Positions 16,264 to 25,068 of a stretch of 32,000 nt of DNA are shown here, one piece after another. Made by a program: the position numbers and the translations under genes. Location: positions 1,950,001-1,982,000 of the forward strand of contig NC_006624.1 in NCBI RefSeq assembly GCF_000009965.1. Direction: 5' to 3'. The notes under the pieces were generated by a model. It ran no database searches and was not told where the DNA came from. It saw only the letters and a program-made list of their open reading frames with translations. Numbering within the stretch: the first letter of the stretch is position 1; each line of letters begins with the position of its first letter. The stretch comes from Thermococcus kodakarensis KOD1. Its GTDB lineage: Archaea > Methanobacteriota_B > Thermococci > Thermococcales > Thermococcaceae.

Positions 16264-18768
16264 GTGAACGTGCGCGTTTTTGTGGGTGTAATGATTGTGA
16301 TTCTCTTCCTGGCCCCCTTCACCACCGGGGCGGTGAGTCCGCCAACGGGCGCGCTTCAGGGACTTGGAATAAACATCGTGCAAACTTCCAGCATTCAGGA
16401 GAACGGTGCTAACAGCGTAGTTCTGAGGGGCAGGATTGTTAAGGATGGCGTGAACTACACTGTCCTAGTAACGATAACCGAGTATCCAATTAGAACTAGT
16501 GAAGACCTTACCGCCGTGGAAATCGGAGACGTTCCAGAACCAGGAGTCAGCATCGCCCCAGCTCTGAGTAAAGTTCTTCAAAACTCTGGTGGCTCTGAAA
16601 ACGGTGGGGACGTGAGTTTCCTCCTGGGCTACAACGTTTATGAGGCTTCATTTTATCCCACGACTCTAGATGGAAAACCGGTTGAAGATAATGTCACCGT
16701 GAGCGTAAACACGGGCCTGACCTCTTTCTACGCCCTCGACTTCCCCTTCGGAGACCTCAGGATCTCGATTCAGCTTTTGGGAAAATACTTGAACTTCCAG
16801 CGTGATCCCGATTCTTTCCTTTCCACGGCCTGCAACCTCAACCAGAACAACCAGACGGAGTGCCACACGGAGTTCATGGAGGATGAATACAACTCCTACC
16901 TATCATCAATGCTCTCAATGAAGGCCTACGCCTACTCCCAGGCGAGCTCTCTGGGAAAAAGCGTGAGAAATGCCGTTTTGGCGTCCCTCAAGTCCCAGTC
17001 CTATCCCGCGAAGCTCCTTAGCGACTTCCAGCTCTGCGTTCCGGGCTCCGGATGCGTTAAGATTTCCCCCGGTTACCTCGGAACCCTGACGTTCAACGAG
17101 ACCGACGTAGAAAACGGCGCGAGACTTATGTTCACGACGGCCGTTTTCGACAGAAACAGCGACGTCTCGGGAATTCAAGCCTACTACATAGACCCGAGCG
17201 GACAGTACGGGGGAGAGGCGATAAAGCTCCACTCTGCCCAGGAGTTTTACACCTACATGGCAACCCCAAAGAACAGCACTGTGGCCTACGCTTGGATAAA
17301 CAGGTCGAGCACAACCATACCCGTTGTCCTCGATGTGGCGATAAAGCCCGGGCAGTTGAAGGAGGGAAAGGTAAGGGTGGTTTTCGTGGTCAGCGACGGC
17401 AGCGGGAGTCGTTCCAAGGAAATCTCCTGGGATTTTGTGTTCGCTGGAAACTTCACGGATTACTCCCTCGACGTACTCACGCCAAAGGACGGCGCCAGCC
17501 TCAAGCAGATAATTGACGGCCTCTTCTCCGTGCCTCTCTACGCGGAGGTCAGGGGGAGCGGTGCCAAGGATCTCTACGCTCTCGTCACCCTCCCCGATGG
17601 GAGCTCCAAGAGGCTGCCCGTTGAGGGCGGCGAGATACTTGACGTCCTCTACATTAGTGACCCGACCGTGAAGGAAGGGGCGCTCACCATAGGCCTCTAC
17701 GGGAAGGTGAAGGGCGAGGAGAAGCTCTTGGCAAAGAGAAGCGTCCACGTAACCCTTGCGAGTGTTGAAGTGCCCGGAGACGAGATAGACAACGACATGG
17801 ACGGCCTCGTTGATTGCGACGACCCGGACATAGCGACCTGCGACGCTTGTATCATGCAGAAGAAGCTCGAATGGGCTGAATCGCTGATGGAGAGGCATAT
17901 TGACTACATCAACAAGATGATAGAGACCGACCCGGGCATGAAGAGCGTTTACGACCTCTACATTGAACACCTTCGCGAGCTCCATGATCGGTACAAGGAC
18001 GATCCTGACAGAATGGCCAAGGAGATGAACGCCTACATGGAGGAGAAGGTCTACAGGAACCAGGAGATCAAGGGCTACATCTCCATATTTGCGGATGACC
18101 CTGAAAAGCGCCACCAGCTCAGGCAGATAGCCGAGAAATACCGGTACGATCCGATAATGAGGAGGATAAAGATGAGGAGCTTCATATACGAGAACTCCAA
18201 GAGCGAGGCCGAGAGAGAAGCCACGATGAACGCTATCCTCACCGGAATCCTTGAGCCGCCCAAGTGGCTCGTCGGCGGCCAGTACGGTTCTGGAGGGGCC
18301 CTCGACTGGGCCAACTTCGTGGCGAGCAACTTCGAGACCGTTGGAGACACCGTCAAGCTGAAGGGGACCTCGACCGTGAAGATGCTCAGGACGCCCGCAA
18401 ACATTTTTATCGTTGCACAGGACGCGAGGGCATTGATGAAGCAGGCTGAAGAGCTCAAGAAGATGAACCTGCCCGAGAGCACGAAGGTTTCCATAATAGT
18501 GCTCGATGGTGCCACCAAAATCGGAAAGCTCCTCGATCCGACGGGCTACTTCGGGAACATGGCAGATGCAACCATAGGTGCAGTGGTCAATCTCCGCAAG
18601 AAGATAGAGGAGAGGAACCAGGGCTGGTTCACGTGGAACGGCTACGTACTCCACGAGACGGCAAAGCCCGGCATCTACGAGGACTACGAGACGGGCAAGA
18701 AGTTCAAGCGGATTTCCGGCGGGTGGCTTAGTCCCCCAACCTTCGTGGAGGTGAAGGAAAATGAGTAA
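16264..18768 (+). CDS. Exported 834-aa protein of unknown function: beta-rich, sequon-rich N-terminal two thirds, a DNDxDGxxDCDDPD Cys/Asp motif, and a helical C-terminal third
   Basis: GTG start 8 nt after GGAGG (16251-16255). Signal peptide MNVRVFVGVMIVILFLAPFTTGAVSP. Many NxS/T sequons. DEIDNDMDGLVDCDDPDIATCDAC at 17779-17850. Its end overlaps the next gene by 8 nt. Confidence 0.75.
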   Translation: MNVRVFVGVMIVILFLAPFTTGAVSPPTGALQGLGINIVQTSSIQENGANSVVLRGRIVKDGVNYTVLVTITEYPIRTSEDLTAVEIGDVPEPGVSIAPALSKVLQNSGGSENGGDVSFLLGYNVYEASFYPTTLDGKPVEDNVTVSVNTGLTSFYALDFPFGDLRISIQLLGKYLNFQRDPDSFLSTACNLNQNNQTECHTEFMEDEYNSYLSSMLSMKAYAYSQASSLGKSVRNAVLASLKSQSYPAKLLSDFQLCVPGSGCVKISPGYLGTLTFNETDVENGARLMFTTAVFDRNSDVSGIQAYYIDPSGQYGGEAIKLHSAQEFYTYMATPKNSTVAYAWINRSSTTIPVVLDVAIKPGQLKEGKVRVVFVVSDGSGSRSKEISWDFVFAGNFTDYSLDVLTPKDGASLKQIIDGLFSVPLYAEVRGSGAKDLYALVTLPDGSSKRLPVEGGEILDVLYISDPTVKEGALTIGLYGKVKGEEKLLAKRSVHVTLASVEVPGDEIDNDMDGLVDCDDPDIATCDACIMQKKLEWAESLMERHIDYINKMIETDPGMKSVYDLYIEHLRELHDRYKDDPDRMAKEMNAYMEEKVYRNQEIKGYISIFADDPEKRHQLRQIAEKYRYDPIMRRIKMRSFIYENSKSEAEREATMNAILTGILEPPKWLVGGQYGSGGALDWANFVASNFETVGDTVKLKGTSTVKMLRTPANIFIVAQDARALMKQAEELKKMNLPESTKVSIIVLDGATKIGKLLDPTGYFGNMADATIGAVVNLRKKIEERNQGWFTWNGYVLHETAKPGIYEDYETGKKFKRISGGWLSPPTFVEVKENE

Positions 18769-20017
18769 GTTCACCGGCCTGCTCCTGATACTCATCCTAC
18801 TTGGTGCGGCTTACATCTATTACACGAATCCTCACATAATCGAAGACCTCACGAAGATGAAGGACAGCTTCCCCAACGGCTTCGATTCGGGTGGGACAAC
18901 TACCCATTCTTCGGGCGGGAGTGGTTTCTCTGAAACATCTTCTGGAAACCATAGCGAGTCCTTCCCCGGCGAGAAGGGGTGGGTTGATTCGGACAACGAT
19001 GGAAGGAAAGACGTTTACATCGGGGACGACTACGCCGAGGTTCCAACAACCAACGGCTCGGTACTCTTCGTTGATCGGAACAAGGACGGGAAGATAGATG
19101 CCATCTACCTCGACACGACCGGCGACGGGAGCTACGACACTGCCTACCTCGACGAGGACTACAATGGGAAGACCGACACGTGGAGAACGACTTTCAACGG
19201 GGTTGATAGCTACGCGTGGGACATCACCGGCGATGGGATTCCCGATGTCTATGACTCCAACGGGGACGGGAAGGTTGACGCCTGGGACACAAACTCCGAT
19301 GGAATAATAGACGAGCGCGACGTTGATTACGACGGAACCCCTGATCTACACGACTACGACTTCGACGGGGTCTTTGACGAGTTCGAGAGGAACGTTACTC
19401 TCTACCCTCCGGAGAGTGCGAACGGGACATCGGGGGCTTTCCTCTGCCCGGACAACAAGGACGACGCCTATCGGCTCTTCGTCCAGGCCTACAACAACGT
19501 CACTTCTCTTCAATCTTCGGGGGCGAGCGATGAGGAAATTCAGGAGGCCTACGCTAAGTATCAGAAGGCCAGGGCTTGCTACGAGTCCTTCCTGACCTCA
19601 ACGACCTCAGCCGCTTCCAGTTCAGGGATGAGGGAGATCAAGACCGTTACCCTCGATACGGAAGGAACGGCAGGTGTGAAGTTCTCCACGGGCGAGCTGA
19701 AGGGCTACAACGAGATAAGCGATAACGTGTGGGAGGACGTTGATCTCGTGGCAGAGCCGTGGTGCGTTGAGTATCCGGCTTTGCTAGGACACTGGATAGA
19801 CCTCGGTGAGGGGAACCTCGATACCTTAGACCCAAGCGAGATACCTACCTCAGGCTATCCAACGGGTGAGATTGCCGAAGAGATCAAGATGGGCCACGTC
19901 TACGTGAACCTCAACTCCGATGGAACACTTACAGCCTTCGAGCTCGTCTCCCACGAGAAGACCGGCGACTGCTCCCACAGGATAACGATACGGTACTCAA
20001 ACCTCGGGGGGAGCTGA
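18761..20017 (+). CDS. N-terminally anchored 418-aa protein with nine tandem DxDxDG-type calcium-loop repeats; the C-terminal anchor appears frameshifted off
   Basis: The TM start is MSKFTGLLLILILLGAAYIYY. The nine loops between 18986 and 19381 are DSDNDGRKD, DRNKDGKID, DTTGDGSYD, DEDYNGKTD, DITGDGIPD, DSNGDGKVD, DTNSDGIID, DVDYDGTPD and DYDFDGVFD. See the finding on the G6 run at 20006-20011. Confidence 0.75.
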   Translation: MSKFTGLLLILILLGAAYIYYTNPHIIEDLTKMKDSFPNGFDSGGTTTHSSGGSGFSETSSGNHSESFPGEKGWVDSDNDGRKDVYIGDDYAEVPTTNGSVLFVDRNKDGKIDAIYLDTTGDGSYDTAYLDEDYNGKTDTWRTTFNGVDSYAWDITGDGIPDVYDSNGDGKVDAWDTNSDGIIDERDVDYDGTPDLHDYDFDGVFDEFERNVTLYPPESANGTSGAFLCPDNKDDAYRLFVQAYNNVTSLQSSGASDEEIQEAYAKYQKARACYESFLTSTTSAASSSGMREIKTVTLDTEGTAGVKFSTGELKGYNEISDNVWEDVDLVAEPWCVEYPALLGHWIDLGEGNLDTLDPSEIPTSGYPTGEIAEEIKMGHVYVNLNSDGTLTAFELVSHEKTGDCSHRITIRYSNLGGS

Positions 20018-20177
20018 AACGGAACCCCCAACTGGATTCCACGTCCTTGGCCCGTTTCTGGGTCTTTTCCTGCTTTTGGTAGCGTTAGCTCTCCTTGTTT
20101 TGTTTGCAAAGCTGACCTTTAGGCTAATTCGGAGGCTTGTTTGATGAGACTGGAAAGAAAATTGGAAGGTGTTTGAG

Positions 20178-20627
20178 ATGGAGAAAGTCCTTTACGTAAT
20201 ACCAAACCTGGAGTACCACAAGGGCTTCTTCAAGAGCGCCCTTGTGAACCTGGTCGTCACAGACGAGAAGATAATTGTCGCCCACGTGAAGAAGGAGATG
20301 ATCCAGAAGGCAAGGGAAGAAGCGAAGGAGAGAGGAGACGGCTTCTTTAAGAGGCTTGCATCTGGCTGGACGATGCACGAGCGCTACTACGACATGTCCC
20401 CTGAGGATGTTCTCAAAGAATCCCCAGAGAACTTCTCAATTCCACTGAACGGAATAAAGGAGGTTAAGCTCAAGGGAGGCAACGTTGACGAGGGCAAAAA
20501 GGAGGAGATGGAGATAAGGTGGAAGGAGAAGAGCAAGTTCTCAGGGAGCATGAACCAGCGGGAGATAAAGAAAAAGCTCTCCGACCTCGGCGTTAAGGTC
20601 AAGGGAGGAGGTCTCTTCGGGTTTTAG
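20178..20627 (+). CDS. Hypothetical cytoplasmic 149-aa protein (possibly a PH-like fold)
   Basis: ATG 20178 follows GGAAGGTG. Lys/Glu-rich, with no TM segment. VNLVVTDEKIIVAHV resembles bPH-type strands. The function is not recognisable. Confidence 0.5.
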   Translation: MEKVLYVIPNLEYHKGFFKSALVNLVVTDEKIIVAHVKKEMIQKAREEAKERGDGFFKRLASGWTMHERYYDMSPEDVLKESPENFSIPLNGIKEVKLKGGNVDEGKKEEMEIRWKEKSKFSGSMNQREIKKKLSDLGVKVKGGGLFGF

Positions 20628-20647
20628 GGGTGATGGGGGTGAGAAGG

Positions 20648-21037
20648 ATGGGATTCTTTAAGAAACTGATCCTGGGGTTTTTCTTGCTGATAGTGCTCGG
20701 CATCGTGGCGGCGTTCGGCATGCAGTACTATTACGAGACCTTCTACGATAAGGTCCCCGTGGAAGTGAAGAGCGACACTGTGACTGGGGATGTTTTCTAT
20801 CTGTCGCACACCTTGGAACCTGGCACGTACAAGATAGAGGCCGGGGGAACTGGGGTCGTTAAGGGCATCAAGATACTCGATCCAGACACTAACGAGGTAG
20901 TCTCTTCCTACGAGGACAGTACGAGCATGATTTACGGCTCGGCAAAGCCCTTTGTGGTCAGAGTTGACTACGCGCCACCGAACCCCGACGAAAGCTACAC
21001 TGCAAAGGTTGGAATATACAGGCTCGTGAAGAAGTGA
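20648..21037 (+). CDS. Small N-terminally anchored protein (129 aa from ATG 20648; alternative starts at 20630 and 20633)
   Basis: MGFFKKLILGFFLLIVLGIVAAFG anchor after GGGGTGAG, then a beta-rich ectodomain. It begins 3-20 nt after the previous stop. Confidence 0.55.
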   Translation: MGFFKKLILGFFLLIVLGIVAAFGMQYYYETFYDKVPVEVKSDTVTGDVFYLSHTLEPGTYKIEAGGTGVVKGIKILDPDTNEVVSSYEDSTSMIYGSAKPFVVRVDYAPPNPDESYTAKVGIYRLVKK

Positions 21038-21046
21038 GGTGGGAGT

Positions 21047-21760
21047 ATGAGGAAGGTTTACGCGCTCTCGGCCCTGCTGCTCGTGGTGTTTGTGCTCACG
21101 AGCGGCTGTGTCGAGAGCCCGGACGTTAACGTCGAGAGTGAAAAAACCCTCAGTGTAAACGGGGTTACAGTCCACTATTCGGGAAAGGTATCCACGGATC
21201 AGGCAAAGGCGCTTATTAACCTCATAAACGCCGAACTGAACCCCAATGAGATAGACGTTTACGTAAAGAAGGATAACGGCTACGTTGTTGGATTGACAAG
21301 CACCTACACGAGCTCCAGCGAAATGGAGGATTCTCTGAAGTTTTACCTCATCTTTCTGGCGTCAAAGATGTCCCAGGACGTTTTCAGCGGCGAGAAGGTG
21401 CTTCTCCAGATTCTCGATGACGAAAAGAACGTACTCTACCAGGTGGAGAGCAAATACCGCTACGTTTCCTCGAGCGGTATCAACGTATGGTACAGAGTGG
21501 CGAGCGAGGAAGAGGCTCGGAAAGCTCTCGATTATCTTGTCGAATTCGCTGGTCAGGGGCCCTGGGATGTGATCCTTGAGAAGAGCGGTTCCACATACCA
21601 CGTCAGGGCTATGAGCTCCTTCACGACGGCTGACGAAGCGAACTCGGCCAAAGATGCTTATACGGAACTTGTCTCGGGCCTTGAGGAGAGGCTGAACGGA
21701 GACGTCGTTGTCCATGTCCTCGACCCGAACGGGATCGAGCTGACGACCTTTGGCCCGTGA
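21047..21760 (+). CDS. Putative lipoprotein (237 aa) with an internal two-fold domain duplication
   Basis: SD GAGGTGGGAG. The lipobox-like start is MRKVYALSALLLVVFVLTSGC. The two halves align: VTVHYSGKVSTDQAKALINLI... with INVWYRVASEEEARKALDYLV... Confidence 0.6.
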   Translation: MRKVYALSALLLVVFVLTSGCVESPDVNVESEKTLSVNGVTVHYSGKVSTDQAKALINLINAELNPNEIDVYVKKDNGYVVGLTSTYTSSSEMEDSLKFYLIFLASKMSQDVFSGEKVLLQILDDEKNVLYQVESKYRYVSSSGINVWYRVASEEEARKALDYLVEFAGQGPWDVILEKSGSTYHVRAMSSFTTADEANSAKDAYTELVSGLEERLNGDVVVHVLDPNGIELTTFGP

Positions 21761-21765
21761 TCCCG

Positions 21766-21784
21766 TTTTCTTTGTTCCTTTTCT
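21766..21784 (+). terminator. T-rich tract (GTTTTCTTTGTTCCTTTTC) after the lipoprotein gene
   Basis: Pyrimidine- and T-rich stretch directly after the stop at 21760. It is followed by a TATA-like GGTTATATTT (21813-21822) for the mutase gene. Confidence 0.3.
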
Positions 21785-21866
21785 CCCATTGGAATTGTTT
21801 AACCTGGGCGGAAAGGTTATATTTGAACCTAGGAACTTTCCCCCATAACTTTCATGGGTGATTATC

Positions 21867-23216
21867 ATGGGGAAGTACTTCGGAACCAGCGGAATCAGGG
21901 AAGTCTTTAATGAGAAGCTGACACCTGAGCTGGCTCTAAAGGTCGGCAAAGCCCTTGGAACGTACCTCGGCGGCGGAAAGGTTGTTATCGGGAAGGATAC
22001 CAGGACTAGCGGCGACGTTATAAAATCAGCAGTCATAAGCGGACTTCTCTCAACTGGTGTTGATGTGATTGACATAGGTTTAGCGCCAACGCCGCTCACG
22101 GGCTTTGCGATAAAGCTCTACGGTGCCGATGCTGGCGTTACCATCACAGCTTCTCACAACCCGCCGGAGTACAACGGCATAAAGGTGTGGCAGGCCAACG
22201 GAATGGCATACACCTCTGAGATGGAGCGTGAACTCGAGTCCATAATGGACTCAGGGAACTTCAAAAAAGCTCCCTGGAATGAGATCGGGACGCTTAGAAG
22301 GGCCGACCCCAGTGAGGAGTACATAAACGCGGCGCTAAAATTCGTCAAACTTGAGAACTCCTACACGGTCGTCCTCGATTCTGGAAACGGTGCGGGCTCG
22401 GTGGTCTCCCCCTACCTCCAGCGGGAGCTGGGCAATAGGGTTATCTCGCTCAACTCCCACCCGAGCGGCTTCTTCGTCAGGGAACTTGAGCCGAACGCGA
22501 AGAGCCTCTCCGCCCTAGCGAAGACCGTTAGAGTGATGAAAGCCGACGTCGGCATAGCCCACGACGGCGACGCAGATAGGATCGGCGTCGTTGATGATCA
22601 GGGCAACTTCGTTGAGTACGAGGTCATGCTCTCGCTCATAGCGGGCTACATGCTGAGGAAGTTCGGGAAGGGGAAAATAGTTACCACCGTTGATGCGGGC
22701 TTTGCTTTGGACGACTACCTCAGACCCCTTGGCGGAGAAGTCATAAGGACGCGCGTTGGTGATGTGGCCGTTGCCGACGAGCTCGCAAAACACGGCGGCG
22801 TCTTCGGCGGCGAGCCGAGTGGCACGTGGATAATCCCGCAGTGGAACCTCACCCCCGACGGAATCTTTGCTGGGGCCCTTGTTCTGGAGATGATTGACAG
22901 ACTCGGTCCGATAAGCGAGCTGGCCAAGGAAGTCCCGCGCTACGTGACGCTCCGCGCCAAAATCCCCTGTCCGAACGAGAAGAAGGCGAAAGCCATGGAG
23001 ATAATAGCGCGCGAGGCACTAAAGACGTTCGACTACGAGGGGCTGATAGACATAGATGGAATTAGGATAGAAAACGGTGACTGGTGGATCCTCTTCCGCC
23101 CGAGCGGAACCGAGCCGATAATGCGCATAACTTTGGAGGCCCACGAGGAAGAGAAGGCGAAGGAGCTGATGGGGAAGGCGGAGAGGCTGGTTAAGAAAGC
23201 CATCTCGGAGGCCTGA
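21867..23216 (+). CDS. Alpha-D-phosphohexomutase (phosphoglucosamine mutase / phosphomannomutase type)
   Basis: ATG 21867 after GGGTGAT. Active-site loop [13 protein letters not shown], metal loop AHDGDADR, sugar loop GGEPSG, and phosphate loop RPSGTEP. Substrate specificity cannot be decided from the sequence alone. Confidence 0.9.
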   Translation: MGKYFGTSGIREVFNEKLTPELALKVGKALGTYLGGGKVVIGKDTRTSGDVIKSAVISGLLSTGVDVIDIGLAPTPLTGFAIKLYGADAGVTITASHNPPEYNGIKVWQANGMAYTSEMERELESIMDSGNFKKAPWNEIGTLRRADPSEEYINAALKFVKLENSYTVVLDSGNGAGSVVSPYLQRELGNRVISLNSHPSGFFVRELEPNAKSLSALAKTVRVMKADVGIAHDGDADRIGVVDDQGNFVEYEVMLSLIAGYMLRKFGKGKIVTTVDAGFALDDYLRPLGGEVIRTRVGDVAVADELAKHGGVFGGEPSGTWIIPQWNLTPDGIFAGALVLEMIDRLGPISELAKEVPRYVTLRAKIPCPNEKKAKAMEIIAREALKTFDYEGLIDIDGIRIENGDWWILFRPSGTEPIMRITLEAHEEEKAKELMGKAERLVKKAISEA

Positions 23217-23218
23217 AC

Positions 23219-23641
23219 GTGAAAATCCCTCTCTACATCATCTACGCACTCCTCGCGGCGTTCTTCGCCGCCCTCGTCCCGATCTTTGGGAAACTCGGTC
23301 TCAGGAACGTTGATTCAACGGTGGCTACTGTGATCAGGGCGTTCATAATGTTCGCGTTTCTTCTCTTCGTCTCCCTCGCCACAGGAAAAACAAACACGGC
23401 CGGCTTCGATCATCGTGCCCTGCTCTTCGTTACTCTATCAGGCCTTGCGGGGGCTCTCTCCTGGCTTTTCTACTTCATGGCGATAAAAGGAGGGAGAACT
23501 ACCGCGGTGATAGCGATAGACAAGACCAGCGTTGCCCTCGCGGTACTCCTTACCTGGCTCGTCCTTGGAGAGAAGATAGACTTCAAAACGGCCGTTGGGG
23601 CGTTGCTGATAGTTCTGGGCGCGCTGCTGGTGTCGCTGTGA
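23219..23641 (+). CDS. Small EamA/DMT-like membrane protein (single EamA domain, 140 aa)
   Basis: GTG start 2 nt after the mutase stop. Four to five hydrophobic helices. The pattern LLAAFFAALVPIFGKLGL...AIDKTSVALAVLLTWLVLGEK is typical of EamA half-transporters. Confidence 0.6.
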   Translation: MKIPLYIIYALLAAFFAALVPIFGKLGLRNVDSTVATVIRAFIMFAFLLFVSLATGKTNTAGFDHRALLFVTLSGLAGALSWLFYFMAIKGGRTTAVIAIDKTSVALAVLLTWLVLGEKIDFKTAVGALLIVLGALLVSL

Positions 23642-23663
23642 TGCGTGTTTTTGGAGTCCCAAT

Positions 23664-24722
23664 TTAACTCAAAAGCCTGATTAAGAGGTTCCACTCCCTC
23701 TCGTTCCAAGCTCTGCTGTCTGTCACCACGATCACGCTTCCGTTGTTAAGGTATGCGATGTCTCGGATGGTGCTCAGCCATTTGGCCATCGCATCAAAGC
23801 CGTTGTACATGTGGATGTACTCGATGCCGTCAATGAGGACTATCCCTCCGCTTCCCGCTGCTCTGAGGTATCTGTTAATGATCTCTGTGATTTTAGGGAG
23901 GTTTGTGGGAGGTACAGTACGTTCGCGCTCCACCTGGCTTATGGTGTAAACAGTCCATTTTTCGGGGGGATCCCTTGAGTTCCGGACGAAGGCTAGGAGC
24001 GGGCGGTCTTGGAGCACAGGCAGGATCTTTCTATACTCCTCAGGGGACAATATGGTAAGCCCGGGCTTTACTTCCTTCAGCGGCTTTTGGGTCTCGGAGG
24101 GTGTCTTTAAGAACTCCTCATGGCCTGCGAACTTTACGAAGAAGTAGGCGATGAGAACGGTCAGTAAAGCGCTCAGAGAGAACCCTATGGGTGCGAACCA
24201 CTCAACAGGGCGAAGGAGGGGATAGTCCATCTCATGTGCCCCATACACAATCAGCAGGACCCCAAGGTACTTCATGCTGTTTCCATAGATGTTTCTCAAG
24301 CCTACGAGCAGAAAGCCAGAAAGGAGGACGAAGAGGCCAGAAACCGCGTACGCAACTCCAACCGTGGCGAGCCAGTTTGGATCGCTTGAGCGCTCGGCGG
24401 CGAGCATGTAAAGGGTGAGGATGATGGGGGTTATGGAGACGTAATAGCCGCGGCTGACGGTGAACGAGAGTCCCTCTTCATCAAGGAGTCTGAGACTCCC
24501 ATAGAAGAGAAGTGAGGCGAAGAGGGCTTCCATGGTTATGGCAAGTAATTCAATACCGATAAGGTCGCCGAGAACCTGTAGGGAGGCGGCGAGGAACGCA
24601 AGGGCAAAAATCAGGGCTGACTTTCTAAGTGACTTCTGGTAAGAGTACCACAGGTATATCACAGTGAAGAGCTTTGCACCGAGGCTTAGGGTCTGGCCGG
24701 CGATGAGTAGTGTGGGGTTCAT
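23664..24722 (-). CDS. Polytopic membrane protein with a C-terminal cytoplasmic DUF835-like domain
   Basis: About seven N-terminal TM helices. The C-terminus GGIVLIDGIEYIHMYNGFDAMAKWLSTIRDIAYLNNGSVIVVTD matches my recollection of the archaeal DUF835 (degenerate KaiC-like) domain. Confidence 0.65.
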   Translation of the reverse strand: MNPTLLIAGQTLSLGAKLFTVIYLWYSYQKSLRKSALIFALAFLAASLQVLGDLIGIELLAITMEALFASLLFYGSLRLLDEEGLSFTVSRGYYVSITPIILTLYMLAAERSSDPNWLATVGVAYAVSGLFVLLSGFLLVGLRNIYGNSMKYLGVLLIVYGAHEMDYPLLRPVEWFAPIGFSLSALLTVLIAYFFVKFAGHEEFLKTPSETQKPLKEVKPGLTILSPEEYRKILPVLQDRPLLAFVRNSRDPPEKWTVYTISQVERERTVPPTNLPKITEIINRYLRAAGSGGIVLIDGIEYIHMYNGFDAMAKWLSTIRDIAYLNNGSVIVVTDSRAWNEREWNLLIRLLS

Positions 24723-25068
24723 GAATGATTCCCGTCATAATTTAATGAGGTGCCCGTTAATAAGATTTGTGCATCTGTGCATCTATGTAGCAATAAGTCC
24801 TCTTTTGTGCAATATTCTTATCTCAAGACTCACCTTGTCCCCCTTGTTGTAATGTCTTTTCCGTCCGGGTGAATTCTGCGGTGGGGGAAGTGGATCACTC
24901 GAATTCATTGGCGCTTTTGTTTTCCTCCGTTTATCTTTAATTTTGTAAAGATTTTGGTGGGATTTCGGAAAACTCTTTTATTTTGGGGTCATACATTCAA
25001 TTTTAGGTGGACGTATGGAGAGATCGTCCAAGCTACACAACCGATTTTAAAATTGTGGGGTGAGCGAG

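Noticed and set aside
15661-16383. 240-aa minus-strand ORF spanning the BtpA gene 3' end and the spacer
   Set aside because: It is antisense to a recognisable BtpA-family gene for half its length and lacks an SD. The part within the spacer has no independent support.
16915-18795. 626-aa ORF antisense to the 834-aa gene, the longest alternative ORF in the window
   Set aside because: It has no SD or sensible start context, and its product is Arg/Leu/Val/Gly/His-rich low-information sequence typical of the reverse complement of GC3-rich genes. The + strand gene has a signal peptide, an SD, coupling to the next gene and coherent domains.
20140-20200. UGAUGA (20143-20148) as the C box of a C/D box sRNA in the spacer
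   Set aside because: There is no CUGA D box, and no C'/D' pair at the appropriate spacing. The sequence is better explained as the end of the frameshifted anchor ORF plus the SD region of the next gene.
20624-22099. Minus-strand ORFs of 183 aa (20624-21175) and 245 aa (21362-22099)
   Set aside because: They are antisense to the co-directional anchored-protein, lipoprotein and phosphohexomutase genes, and have Arg/Pro/Ser-rich nonsense-like composition.
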